Of a DNA stretch of 64,000 nucleotides, positions 11,921 through 25,176 are shown piece by piece. How positions within the stretch are numbered: position 1 is the first letter of the stretch; each line of letters starts with the position of its first letter. Made by a program: the position numbers and the translations under genes. Source of the stretch: Massalongia carnosa (lineage: Eukaryota); assembly GCA_965645245.1 (NCBI GenBank), contig OZ287073.1, forward strand, positions 992,001 to 1,056,000. The letters are read 5' to 3'. A model generated the notes under the pieces. The model was given only the letters and a program-made list of their open reading frames with translations. It was not told the origin of the DNA and made no database searches.

Positions 11921-12425
11921 TCAAGACTTTCCTCCTGACTTAAAAAGCTGATCGATATGCTCCCGGCTATTTTTATACGTGGTTTCCAGATATTGCAGTT
12001 TTTTATTCAGATTCGAAATATCAGACTTGAGATCGCCCGCCTCGGAGGTCAATTTCCTCTCCACCGCCGTCTTATGGCTGGACACGAACCTAGAGAACAC
12101 CTCGGATATTAGATTTACCACAATAACCGGTAATCATAGATAAGATGCACGGCGCGCATAGCGGATGGAGCTTACATCTTGCCCACACCTTCATAGATCT
12201 TGGTGTCTTTGGGAAGCTGCTTCAGCTCACTAGACGTTAGCTCTAGCAAACGCACGTCGCGCTGTTTGGCTGACACGGCGGTCTTGACGATGTTAATCTC
12301 GCGTTGCGAGGATATGGCTTGGGACTCGATTTCTTGCACTAGCTAGGCCAACGGTTACTATTCTATGGTTCTAGACTTGGTACGGGGCAGCAAACCTTTT
12401 GTAGAGCTTCATTTGGAATTGACAT
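11921..12425 (-). CDS. PFD1: Prefoldin subunit 1 (Pfd1/Gim6), three exons
   Basis: MSIPNEALQK | LVQEIESQAISSQREINIV...DTKIYEGVGK.. | FVSSHKTAVERKL...LQYLETTYKNSREHIDQLF; canonical introns. Confidence 0.9.
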
Positions 12426-13328
12426 TGTTACTTGGAACGTTCAAGTATGGTAAGTATGAGGATCAATTTTGACAAGGCAATTGTTGATAATTTCACTGGT
12501 GGTTTATCCAAAGGAGCGACTCGAGGCTTAGGAATTGTGAAAGCTCCTTCTCAACCGAGCTAGTTAGTTAGCTAGTCCGAGTTAAAATAACCGTTACTCT
12601 TTGCCGAGGTTGCAGTGGTTGCCTACGTTGTAGGATTTTAAATCTCGTTGCAAAAGACTTTCATACATACATATGTAACTGCCTGAAAAGAGAAGGGCCT
12701 AAATGACCGTCAGCTGTCTACTTAGTTACCTACCTATCTACGTACACAACTACTTCTTCCCAGCATACCTACTATTTCCAGTTTAAACTTCTGGACTTCT
12801 TGTCTGACCTCCCATATCTGATATATCGTTCAGTCGATGTAGCACGACAGCATGAATTTGTTTAAATTAAACTCGCATTGTTAAGTTGAATAGATGCGAA
12901 CATATCGTTTGTAATCGAAAAAATATGACCTGGGTGATGAAATTCATAATGCGTAAGCTAAGATCCGATGGGTCATTCAAATGTTTTCATCCTATCCAGC
13001 TTGTGCAAGGTCACGAGGATCCATTACCTTTCATTCTCTTTACAGGTATGAATGGCCAGTAATTCATTCCCTCAAAATGTATCGGCCTATCCAACATCTA
13101 TACCAAACACCAAAGTTTTAACGATTTCATACTAAACTAGTCCAGAGGATTTCTGTGAAAAGGGTTTAATTAGAATAACCATAGCCATGCGTTTCGACGA
13201 GAAAGGAACATATCTAAACCTGGGTAAAATTCGAAAAGTATGACAGAATGATCCGTACTACAAATAAACGCTTGTCTTAAAGCTCATCAAGTCACAAGAA
13301 ACCCAAGGCCTGGCCCCTTATCATCAAA

Positions 13329-14488
13329 TCAACCGATTCGATACTCCAGCTTCGACGCGCTGACCTTTCCCTCCTTCAATTTCTAAAGTCCATCCAAGAT
13401 ACCCCCTGCTTCACCTTAGCCGGGTGCGCCTTGATTTTTCCTTCTGCAAGATCATTCACTAATACTATGAAACTTGACCTCATAGCGCGATCCTCTTTTC
13501 CAACTGGATCATACTTTCCGTACTGAACGGCATGCCGAAAATTTGTAAAAAATAGTGCTATGGTTCATAGGATTTCGCGTGGAAGATATTAAATGAATGG
13601 TAGTAAGCTATACTTTTCACATTCAGGCGCGAAGGAGCCTACGCAAATTTTCGCCGAAGCATTGGTGGAGATGCAGTCGAAGGCATGCGGAAAGCTATTA
13701 CTGTTAGCTTTATGGATATCGGAGGCACGTTCGAGTCTATAACTGAAAGCCGAGTCAGCGGTGAGACTTTTACCCATAGGAAAACTATGGAGGAAGCATG
13801 TAGCAATCACATTTAGTTCGGAGCTGCAGGATAGGTCAGTAACTTTAAATATATCGAAAAGCTGATGCTAGTAGAGCACGCCTGAACGGTTTATAGCTTG
13901 GCGAATTGAATAGCAAGTGTCCCATAAAGTGTCCTAGATACGGTAGTATCTCCGTAAATCAAGACAAAACTTATTCATTTAAACACTCACTTGGATGGGG
14001 GAGCCCTAGCGACCAGTAGTGTCCCTGATGGACATTAAGTATATCAATTCCTAGCTCGGAGGCGTTGAAGGAGATATCGCTAAGAATATTTACCAGCACG
14101 CCACCTTTTGCTATTACTGTTTTCGGCAAAAACACCGCTTTCGTCATTCAAAACCTTCGCTATTAGCTGTATGAAAGTCACCGTCGCCCTCGAGTTATAT
14201 GTTCACATAAAGAGACAGGCTAGCATGGACCATGCCAGCAACACGGGCTCCGTTCTTAAGGCCATTGGTAACAGCGCTTCTCACCTCCTCAACTATACCG
14301 ACATAGTCCCAACTGCTAAGCAGACCCTTTTCCTCACTAAAATCAATCCATTTCAGTCGGTTGGATTCAGTATTGCAGTAGCAAATTTCGCAATTATGTG
14401 ATCTTCGCGGAGCTTTGGAATAGGAAAGTCCAAGACCAATTTTAGCATGCTCTGGGTCTTGAATCTGAATGCCTCTTTGAGTGGCCAT
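13329..14488 (-). pseudogene. Decayed zinc-binding-like enoyl reductase (MDR family, TOXD/LovC-like)
   Basis: Family motifs are spread over different frames with stops: MATQRGIQIQ, PIPKLREDHII..LNPTD, WDYVGIVEEV..GARVAGMVH, HAFDCIST..AKIC, GKVSASKLEYRI*. Confidence 0.75.
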
Positions 14489-15145
14489 TCAATATAAACC
14501 TTCAACTTACCTTGGGTTTTGGAGGAGAAAAGGAAACCAAGGAATACCAAGCAGAATAAAGAAACAAAAATCAGCCTGCATATATACACTGCATAGAGAA
14601 ATGAACCAGTAACATAAAGCAAGCTTGCAAATACCAAGGTTAAGGAACGATTGGCGCCGTGAACCGGAATCCGTGCCGTCAACGAAAGGTCCCGCATCAT
14701 TATATGAATCCTAATGGAAAGTGCTTCGGAAGGATTCATCACTTGGTGTTGGTCAGAAAGGTATAGATTAAACACAGAAAAGCAAACCAAATCCCTTTTT
14801 GATGGGTACTTATGACCCTACAAAGACCTTAGGCTAGCATACCATTGGTTACGCTGAATAGAACTGATATTCTTGGTCATCAGATATCTTGGGTTGATTT
14901 AAGGTTGCCGCTCCGGCGGGCCCATGGGCCTGGGCAGCGGTCAGCGAATCATTCTTTCACGCAAGATACAGAGTACTTACAAATCCCTGCCTTGCACTAA
15001 GTATCCAGCAGAATCGATTCAAATCCAAAGACCGTCTATACTCGCCATTACTATGTTCTCAGGCTCGATCGTTACGTTGGAGCTACAAAAACACCCATAG
15101 ACCATTGTGCGCGCCGTTAATCCAGTCCAAACGCCGTGAATAACT

Positions 15146-16331
15146 ATGCCGTCGTGGCTGCCGTCGTATCCCTATCACTCAACCAGCAAAGGCTACTGGG
15201 CTCCGGTAACCTCAACGCTGAACTGGTGCGAAGAGGTTTGCAATCTGCAGATCTGAGTAGAGTCCATTGCTTACCTTGCTCAGGACTATTATGCGACGCC
15301 GTATGCCGCCGAGATCGTTAACACGTTTACCAACTTCCTATTTGTGTATCTAGCCTATAGGGGTATTGCTAGCTGTACTCACAATGGCCATGATACGATT
15401 TTCGTCGTTGCCTTTGTCGGCTATCTGCTTGTCGGGATCGGTAGCTTCCTATTCCATGCAACTCTCAAATGTACGTCACTTGCCACACATATCTCAACTG
15501 CTAAGGAGGGCCTGCTCTGATAAAAAGCCATGTGCGAGGCCATAGACCCTATGCAACTGATAGATGAACTCAGCATGATATACACCACCTGCCTAATGTG
15601 CTATGCCGTCTTCTCATACTCCAAGTCTCGCCAATTCTCGGTTTTTCTGGCCATCGGTCTGGTCTCTCTGTCTGTGTTTATTACTCTGTACTATCATTAC
15701 CTCCAAGATCCGGCGTTCCATCAAGCTGTTTATGCCCTTCTCACGGTAGTCATGCTGTGTCGCAGCATGTACGTGATGGAATTTAGCCTACGACCGTCCT
15801 TGAAATCGAGCGAGGAACAATACAAGCTGCAGCGAAAGCGATCCATGACCCCCAATGAGAAGGCAGTCTCGCGCTTGGAAGACCGCAGAGACGAGAAGAT
15901 TCTGAGGATGATGTGGAGCATCATTGCTTGTGGGCTTTTAACCTTCCTCTCGGGTTTCGCCATATGGCAGATTGACAACACCTACTGCTCCACGCTCCGT
16001 AGCTGGAGGAGGGAAGTTGGACTGCCGTGGGGGATAGTGCTCGAAGGCCATGGTTGGTGGTAAGGATCCTTTCTTCCGAATTCTCGGAAGTTCTGTCCGA
16101 CAGCGGGGGTCCTGCTAACGCTACACGTTCTCTGTCTCTAGGCACCTGATGACCGGAACAGGGGCTTATTTCTGGATCACGTGGGGTATCTGGCTGCGGC
16201 ACTGTCTGAATGGACGGCAAGCCGAATACGACCTGGCCTGGCCTCGGCTATTCTCCCTACCGGAGATCGTGCGCGCGGACAATGGGGAAGATACGATTGG
16301 ACACAGCAACGTATCCAAAAAGACGCTTTGA
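15146..16331 (+). CDS. Alkaline (phyto)ceramidase, Ypc1/Ydc1 family
   Basis: GYWAPVTSTLNWCEE|DYYATPYAAEIVNTFTN, GSFLFHATLKYPMQLIDELSM, LEGHGWWHLMTGTG; three introns. Confidence 0.93.
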
Positions 16332-16908
16332 GGAGAATTTGCTAGGCTTTCTCTAGATCAGAGGTTAGGTAGTTAGCTTTTAGACACGGAGTCATGAATC
16401 TAGGGCTCTAATACAGGCAAATTCCATGTTTTATGATCCCTTGATTGCCTAGTATGCTCAAACTGGTTGCGTCCAAATGCTAAGCTTTGAATATACCTAC
16501 GCTGCATGCTCCTCCCTAGGGTTAGGGTCCGCTGCGAAAAGCAGAGCACTTTAGCTGGAAATAGTCGTCATCGACTTTCACGGATCTACCAGTAACCGCA
16601 GAGTTTTGGGATCGAGAACCAAGCTTACGGTAGCTTTGAAGGCAAAGGGGGCATGCTTGTCTTGATGTTGCAGGGATCCTGTTTAGCTTAAGATCATGAA
16701 CACAAAAGTTTTGTCCGGGAGCATCATGTTAGTTTCGTTTATGCTCATCTCACACAAAGATTGTAGTCCCTTAGCAGTACAGTGATATGATATACCATCT
16801 AAGCAATATTTTTTAGGGGTTCTAGTGGTGCTGTTCTTCTTCATTTCAGCTAGGCCTTTCGGTTGATGGAATACTTTCACCAACTTTACATACGACATGT
16901 AACTTAAC

Positions 16909-18374
16909 TTACAACCTCGGCGGCTTCGTCCTCGGATCTCCCCCGAGCTGCCTCTTCCATTCGTCCGAAACAGTCATCTTCTCCGTCTTCCCCACCGCTG
17001 CCCACGCTTTCCGGAACTCCTCGTCCTCGTCCCGCCACCTTCGCATCTCCGGCGCCAACCAGTTCGCCGCCGCATGCGCGCACTCCCTCGCTGCGGCCAT
17101 TGGGATCAGGTGGCCGACTCCGGGCAACACGACTTCATGAACCCGACCGTTCTGGGCGCCGCCGTTACCTCCAAGCCCGGTACCTGTCGTCGCCATTTTT
17201 TGCTGCCGCAACGTGGGGCGCGAAATGAAGGATTCGCTGCCGAAGATCCATAAGGCGCTCGGTCGGAGGTGGGGAAGACTACGAAAGACTATCGAGGGTT
17301 CGGGCCGGTAAAAGGGGTAGGTCCCTTCCCCGTCTTCCATGTCCGGGTGTGTCTGGCGATTTATGGTTGGATTTTCGCTCGAGTCTATACCTTTGAAGTT
17401 GGGCCGAAGGAATGTAAAGACTTCCTGGTGCTTGGGTGTGGTAAGAGTTACAGGCGTACTGCTGGAGGCCGGAAAGGGGGATTCGGGGTAAATGGCTGTC
17501 GGCAGGTCCCGTAACCCGTATGTTATCCAGCAGTTCAGCACGCGCTCGTCCCACAATTGGTAGAATGAGCTTTTCTTGAAGGATATGATGGCATCCTCTC
17601 GTGAAGGCCAGATGTCACGGCGGAACGTCGATAACTGAGCTAATGAGTGGCTACCGGGAGGGCTCGTTACGGATTCTAGCTGAATGATAGGGTCGATAAG
17701 GATGATGGAAGAAAGCAGACGAGGATGCATGATAGAGAGATAAGCGCTTCTTTAGATTAGAGGCTAGATTTAATCGCGTGGGCTTGGGTTTCTGAATATT
17801 AGAAAAGCATACAGCTGAGTGCCTCCCATGCTGTGGCCTATTCCAACGAGTGGTCGAGGCATCTCTTTTCGGAAATGATTGATCATATGTAGAAGATCTC
17901 TTGAGTGATCAAACCACGATGCTGCGTGCGGCCAAAGGAATAATCAACCAGTATCTTCTTGGGTAGGGACGCTGAGGATTACCCACGGTCGTTTCCTAGG
18001 CTGCCCTCATTGACCACAGAGCTTGTGCCTTGATGTGCAACATCTGCCATCCAAATACTCCTTATAGAGAGACCGAGCATTTTAAGACGTTCATACAAAT
18101 CCTCCCATAATGGCTCATATAATTCCTATATCGATAAGCGAGACCTCCATTTGTCATTCACCAGTTAGAGGATACTCACCTTGGGAAAACCATTGGCATG
18201 AGCACCAATAATAGTAATTGCTCCAAACACTAATTTCTCTTCAACTTTCGGTGTGTATTGTTTGATATGAAGCTGCAATGTATCCTCTTGACCCTCTGCC
18301 GTTGCGGCTGGGTATTCCCTAATATACTGGCAAGGGAGAAGATGTGTTCGAATATTGAACACTTGTGAGAACAT
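16909..18374 (-). CDS. Alpha/beta hydrolase, Lpx1 / 'toxin biosynthesis protein'-like, probably peroxisomal
   Basis: IIGAHANGFPK|ELYEPLWEDL, WMADVAHQG, GIGHSMGG nucleophile elbow, GHLIPM. Ends -PRL*, a PTS1-like tripeptide. Confidence 0.85.
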
Positions 18375-18557
18375 GATAGCTATGGTATGGTTTGATTTGA
18401 GATAGGAATTCATACAGCCATTGTTGATATATTTATCAACAGCTAGGGATTTTGAGCCTGGCCTGCAGAGTACTAGAGGTTGATAGAAATTACAACAGAG
18501 AAGATAACCGAAGTACCTATACCTATTGAGGAGATAGATGAGTGGATAAAGTTAGTA

Positions 18558-19035
18558 ATTCCGGGACACCCCTATTCGCTATTTTGACACCCTCTTTCTT
18601 TACATTAACACCCATGGGATATGTTTCCGAGGTTCACTCGCCCGCAGCCTATGAACTGAAAATAAAGGCTTCTGTGATGTATGATAAACAGGCATATAGA
18701 TGAGCAGCTTTCTTTCCTTCGAAGTAATAGTTGATTTCAACAGTTACATTAAAGATCTAAAACAAACCGACTTGGATAAAATCACCGAAGACTTTTTCTT
18801 CACCTTGTGATTGTCCGCCTCTCCTTATCTTCACCACCTCGTCCACTTCCTCTCGCCCTTGCTTTCGCCCTCGCCCTCGACCTCGAGTCGAAGATTCATT
18901 CAATGTAGATGAAACATCACGAAATTTGGTGAGCGAATGGACCTCGAAATCATACCCGATCACGTTAGCTTGAGGGAGGGGGTGCTAATGTAAAGAAAGA
19001 GGATGTCAAGATAGCGAATAGGGGTGTCACGGAAT
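18558..19035. mobile_element. Non-autonomous Tc1/mariner-superfamily element (478 bp)
   Basis: 56-bp terminal inverted repeats with 4 mismatches (ATTCCG(G/T)GACACCCCTATTCGCTAT...), flanked by TA at 18556-18557 and 19036-19037. Confidence 0.9.
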
Positions 19036-19236
19036 TAGATGCCTAAGGTTATGGTAGCGTGCGCTATGATAGCGTGCAGGGCTAAGCAAGTATTCAAGCA
19101 TGCCACAAGAATCTCTTCCTGTTAATCAATGAGTGACTACCCTGTACGGAGAGTGGCCAAATTCATTATTATCATAGTGGTGGTAGTTTTTTAGTATCGA
19201 AAATTGAACTTCCTCGTCACGTGATATAAATCTTTA

Positions 19237-19253
19237 ACGCGTCCAACCCGCGT
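19237..19253. promoter_or_regulatory. Putative paired MCB (MluI) boxes upstream of RTT107
   Basis: ACGCGT at 19237-19242 and CGCGT at 19249-19253, ~110 bp upstream of the ATG of a replication-stress gene. Motif match only. Confidence 0.45.
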
Positions 19254-19355
19254 AAACGTGAACACAACTTCCATCGTTGGCGAATTGCATTATTGAAATC
19301 AACTGCTATTTCAGAATGACTAGCATTCTCTGATTCGAATACCTAGTTCGATAAG

Positions 19356-22124
19356 ATGGCAACAACTAATGCGAATGCCGAGGGCCGAGGCAAAGCGCTT
19401 TTTGCGCAGGTTCGGTTTTATGTGCAGTGCGATCAGGCCTTGACAGTGAATGAGGCCGAGACTGTGAGTCAAGCTGACCTCTATGTTGAACAGTTTTAAT
19501 CTCTGCAGCTATCGAAGCTTTTGGAAGAAAATGGGGCTACTCAATACCTCCTTGCAGCATCCGGCAGAGCTCCTTTGGATAAGGTTACACACATAATTTC
19601 TGCTACATCAGACTTCCCGGAATACGAAGGGGCAGTTAGCACATTGAAGGCTGTTGTAAAGCCAGAGTGGGTGAAAGCATCGCTTTTAAAAGGACGTCTG
19701 GCGAACCCTCGACAGTATAGCCCAGATTTTAAGCTGTTTTTCACAGGTCTGGTCGTCTGCTGCGCCGACCTACCTAATGGGGACAGTGATGCGATTATTG
19801 GAGGTGTGCTTGCAATGGGCGGATTATATTCGAGCCCAGTCTCCAAAATGGTGACCCATATTGTTGCCTTGACCACAGACGCAGAAAAATGTCAAACAGC
19901 CCTTGCGAAGAATCTTAAGTGCAAATTAGTCCTACCTCATTGGTAGCTTGTTCTCAAACATTATGAATCATGCGTTCATCGCAACTGATTTTTTGCAGGT
20001 TTGATGACTGCCTGAGGCTTGGAAAACGGATCGATGAAGGCCCGTATTGCCTGCCTGACCCAGAGATCCTTCGAAAGAGACCCGAAGACCGTATACCTGA
20101 AGCTGGTAGACCAGATCTCTATGGCGCTTCATCGCCTGTACCTGGTCGGCTTCCTACCCCTTCAAAGTCACCAAACTCCAAAGGCCGCGAGCTCAGCGTT
20201 TTCAAGAAGAAGCGGGTCATGCTGTCAAACGACCTTGAGATTGGCAGCCATTTGAGGGGAACAATTGAAGAACTGATCATCAGCGGTGGAGGATATGTCA
20301 CGGGAAGCGTTCACAAAGCTGATATCTTCATCTGTCAATACCGAGAATCATTGGAATATCGAATCGCGAGTAGGGCTGGAAGCGATGTAGGAAATCTACC
20401 TTGGCTCTATCATTTAATCACTCACAATACCTGGACTTCACCATTAAGGCGTTTACTACACTATCCTATTGCACAAAAAGGCCTGCCAGGCTTCAAAGAT
20501 TTTCGGATTAGCCTCTCAAATTACAATGGCGAAGCTCGGGTGTATCTTGAGAACGTCGCTAAGGCTGCGGGTGGCGAGTTTACCAAGACAATGAAGGAGG
20601 ACAACACACATCTCATAACAGCTCACTTGGTTAGCGAGAAATGTGAAGCTGCTAAAGAATGGAACATAAATACAGTTAATCACCTCTGGCTTGAGGAGAG
20701 CTACGCGAAATGGGAAATTCAGACTCTTACAGATCCCCGTTATACTACATTTCCCGATCGAACTAATCTTGGCGAAGTTGTTGGGCAAACCCCTATTGAT
20801 AAGCAAGCACTCGAGCGCTACTTTTTCCCCAAAGGATCAGATATTGACTCGGCGATGGAGAGCGGAACGCTTCAGAAACCAACGCATTTGAAAGATTCAA
20901 ATCCTACTCTTTCCAAAGGACCCAAGGGTAGTGAAGGAGAACCGGCAAGTACTGCTGTGACTGAAGCCTCCGTACTATATCGAACTGTTCAATCCGATCA
21001 GCCCACCCCAAAGTCTATAAAGGCAACTGGACAACTTATCGAAGGACCTATCCTTAAGACGCCTGCTCGTTCGCGATTCAGTGTTGAGGGCAAAGAAAAT
21101 GAGACGCCGTCAACAACTGGCAGTCGCGGGGCAAAGGACCGGGCGGTTGCACGCATACATGATCTCGCTCCGGACATTGCACTTTTTGAGAAAGAAAGCA
21201 AGAGGGTTGGTGGAGTGATCTTTGGAGGCCGGAAATCTAGTGACGACATGTGCTCAGATGCAAGTCGTAAAAGATCTGTATCAAATGAGGAAGATACGGG
21301 GCCTGAAGTCGATGAGGATACGAGAAGGGCTAAAAGGGCAAGGAAGGGCAAAGCGCCACCACCTGTATCCATGCGGTTGCTGCTTTCGGGCTATAAACGG
21401 TGGGTTGGTTTGGCAAAGAAGGAAGGAGATGAGAGGGTAAATATATTATATGATCAGCAACAAAATATTTTCCTCTAACAGCATGCAGATCCGACTTCGA
21501 GATTTGGGGATATTGATAACCCAGGACACAGCAAATTGCACCCATCTCGCTGCTCCACATATCGTCCGGACACAAAAATTCATCTGTGCACTTGCACATG
21601 CGCCGATGGTCTTATCCACTGATTTTGTTGATCAGTGCCTAGCACAGAACACGAAATTGTCACCAGACCAGTTTGAGTTAGATGATCCCGAAGGCGAGAA
21701 GCGACTCGGTGTCAAACTGTCCGAAGCCACATTGCGAGCGCGGGAAAACAAAGGTCAATTACTTAAAGGATACTTGGTGTATTGCACGGAGACAGTCCAT
21801 GGTGGCTTTGATACGTATAAATCCATCGTCGAGGCAAATGGAGGCAAGTGCTTTCTTTATCGTGCTCGTGCTGGGTTGAGCACATCTTCACGAGCTGGGG
21901 CACTGAATGGAGACCTTAACGACCCAAAATCTATCCCTGAATACATGTACCTGATTAGTGGCATTACATCCGATGAGGCAAAATTATGGCCGAAGTTTCG
22001 ACAAATGGCTCAGGGGATGGGCAGGGTCCCTCGGGTTGTCAAGACAGACTGGATGCTTGATCTGACACTTTCGCAACGACTCTCATGGAACGATAAGTAC
22101 GAGTTAACAGAACAGGATGTATAG
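19356..22124 (+). CDS. RTT107: Multi-BRCT DNA damage scaffold Rtt107/Brc1
   Basis: Repeated BRCT signatures (VTHIIS..KPEWV, VTHIVA..LPHWFDDCL, NTHLIT..NHLWLEESY, CTHLAAPHIVRTQKF, VKTDWML); three introns. Confidence 0.88.
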
Positions 22125-22331
22125 ACTGGTGAATGAGAAGGTTTTTAATGAATGAGATTATGGAAGCGAGAAGGCTGGTTCTGTGTGGCAATCGATACCT
22201 GCTGCGTTTCTCAGCAACGCCGTTGAGTTGGGCTTCAATTGTGGATATCATAATGTTTGGTTCTTGGTAGATACTACCTGCCAAAACCATCATCCAGTGC
22301 ACTTACAATGATTTACCTGCTCAAAAACATG

Positions 22332-23026
22332 TCAAAAGAATTTCACACCCTGTTGGTCCTCATTGCCAAATATTTGGGCTTTCCCACGTTTCACTAAGAC
22401 ATTTAGCGATCGCTGAAGTAGTTCAAGATCCATGCCGTGGAAGTCTAAACAGTTCATCAGCCTCCGTCCGGGCTCAGAATATAAATTTAGGCAAAACAAA
22501 CCCTGCGAAAACGTCATCTCCCCGTTTACAAGCTCGTAAAGCGTAAGCACTGTGTTCTTCTGCCCCGTCTCCTCCAACTACACAACCGGCCCCAAAGAAG
22601 TCCACAAGTCAGCCTGCTCTTTCCCACGAATCATACATGAAGGATAAAGCTCACCCACCCGGCCACCACATCCGCCCATTCCTCCGGCCTCCTCCAAAAT
22701 ACCCAACAAGCAGCCCCCTCCCCGATCCACTCTACTCTCCTTCCCCCTTCCTCACTCGCCATAAACTGCAGCACCTCCTTCGCATGCGCGGCGCTCATGC
22801 GCTTCCGCATCTTTGCGTTGCGGAACAGCGGTCCTTCAAGCGCCGTCGCAAGTACGAGCTTGAAGATGCGGTAGTGTCGGCAATAGGCTAGGATCAGGGC
22901 GGACCATGATTTTAGCTGGGCGTGGCGAGTGAGAAGGGTGGGCTGAAGGGAAAAGAAGGGGGGGTAGGAGGTGTGTTTTTTGGGAAACTGGAAGGAAGGG
23001 ATGGAGGTAGAGTGTGCATTGGACAT
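22332..23026 (-). CDS. VPS25: ESCRT-II subunit Vps25
   Basis: FQFP..YPPFFSLQP, WRRPEEWA, LEETGQKNTVLTLYEL, C-terminal QGVKFF*. Confidence 0.93.
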
Positions 23027-23248
23027 ATTAAAGGACGACGTGAGGGTGTGACTGAGAACTATCTTGACGGGTGGTATAAGATAGCACAGGTAGAAGGCCC
23101 TGTTCTTCACAACGCTTTATCGATAAGCCTTACGATGCGGTAGGAATACTTGTGATCTTTGAGCTAGCCACATCAAGGTATCTTAATCTCTACTGAACTG
23201 CCGGCTGTGACTCGAATGGCGTAGCCACAGCAAATTACAGCCTAACAC

Positions 23249-23470
23249 TTGCCTCAGTACCTCAGACGTGCGTGGGCTCTAGGAGCCGTCTAAGCCCCTC
23301 CGGGTTAGCCTGTTTCGCTAAGCTCCTTCGGATTAGCGTCTCAGCTGACTAACGTTTGCTACAACAGTACAGATGTGCTGCGTAGTCAGCCTGTTAACCC
23401 GAAGCGGCTTAACGTTCTGTAAGGCTAACCTGAAGGAGCTTAGCCGGGCACGTCTGAGGTACTGAGGCGA
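23249..23470. mobile_element. Foldback MITE (222 bp) with 8-bp target site duplication
   Basis: CCTAACAC at 23241-23248 and 23471-23478. Perfect 21-bp inverted repeat GCCTCAGTACCTCAGACGTGC (23251-23271 / 23448-23468), plus a second inner 21-bp imperfect inverted repeat (23317-23337 / 23423-23443). Confidence 0.85.
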
Positions 23471-23709
23471 CCTAACACCGAACCCCGAAACAGCTCCAAC
23501 ACTAACTCCGTACAGGTATTTTAGAGGGTTTGGTAGTTTGTTGTTGAGTTGCCGCCCGCGTTTCCAAGGACCGACCCATCGGGGATTTCCTAGTGGGTTT
23601 TCCCCGTTGGGTTTCTGGCGGGAGTTCTCTAGCCCTACTATTCTATGCCCATTGTTTAAATCGCTCCCATCCCTCAACTTACTTATCAGATTACTTTCAA
23701 TCTTCCTAG

Positions 23710-24776
<1,067 letters not shown>

Positions 24777-25176
24777 AAACGAAAGCAGCGTTAAAGTAAT
24801 ATAAAAGCATTAAATTTCCCATGAAAAGACTTCGAGTCTAAACCTTGAATTTTTTGCAGATAGTTATCTGTCCAACCACACATACCCTGGTGGGAAATGC
24901 TTCTGCTCTATGTATTAATCCTGTGCTTAGAATCTATAAAATCGTCATCGACAAGAGAAGTATAGCCACCTCGGGGGAAGAAAAGAAAGAAAAAACCACC
25001 CCCAAACCTTGGTCCTTTGATGAACCAAGAAAATCTGAATCGTCAATAGAACGCATACTACCATCCACAACGCCTCTACCTTCTCTCCAAAGAGAGTATG
25101 TGAAATTCAAAACATGAACCCCCGGGAATCGAATTCCCCAAAGTAGCTGTGATACCAAATAATTTAAAACTCCAAG

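Noticed and set aside
23170..23630. Structured region as RNase P/MRP or another ncRNA
   Set aside because: No complete conserved-region set is visible, and the exact 8-bp duplication around the main hairpin points to a transposon.
25115..25145. TTCGATTCCC B-box-like motif on the minus strand (also GGTTCGACT near 55350)
   Set aside because: No cloverleaf or properly paired T-stem can be built.
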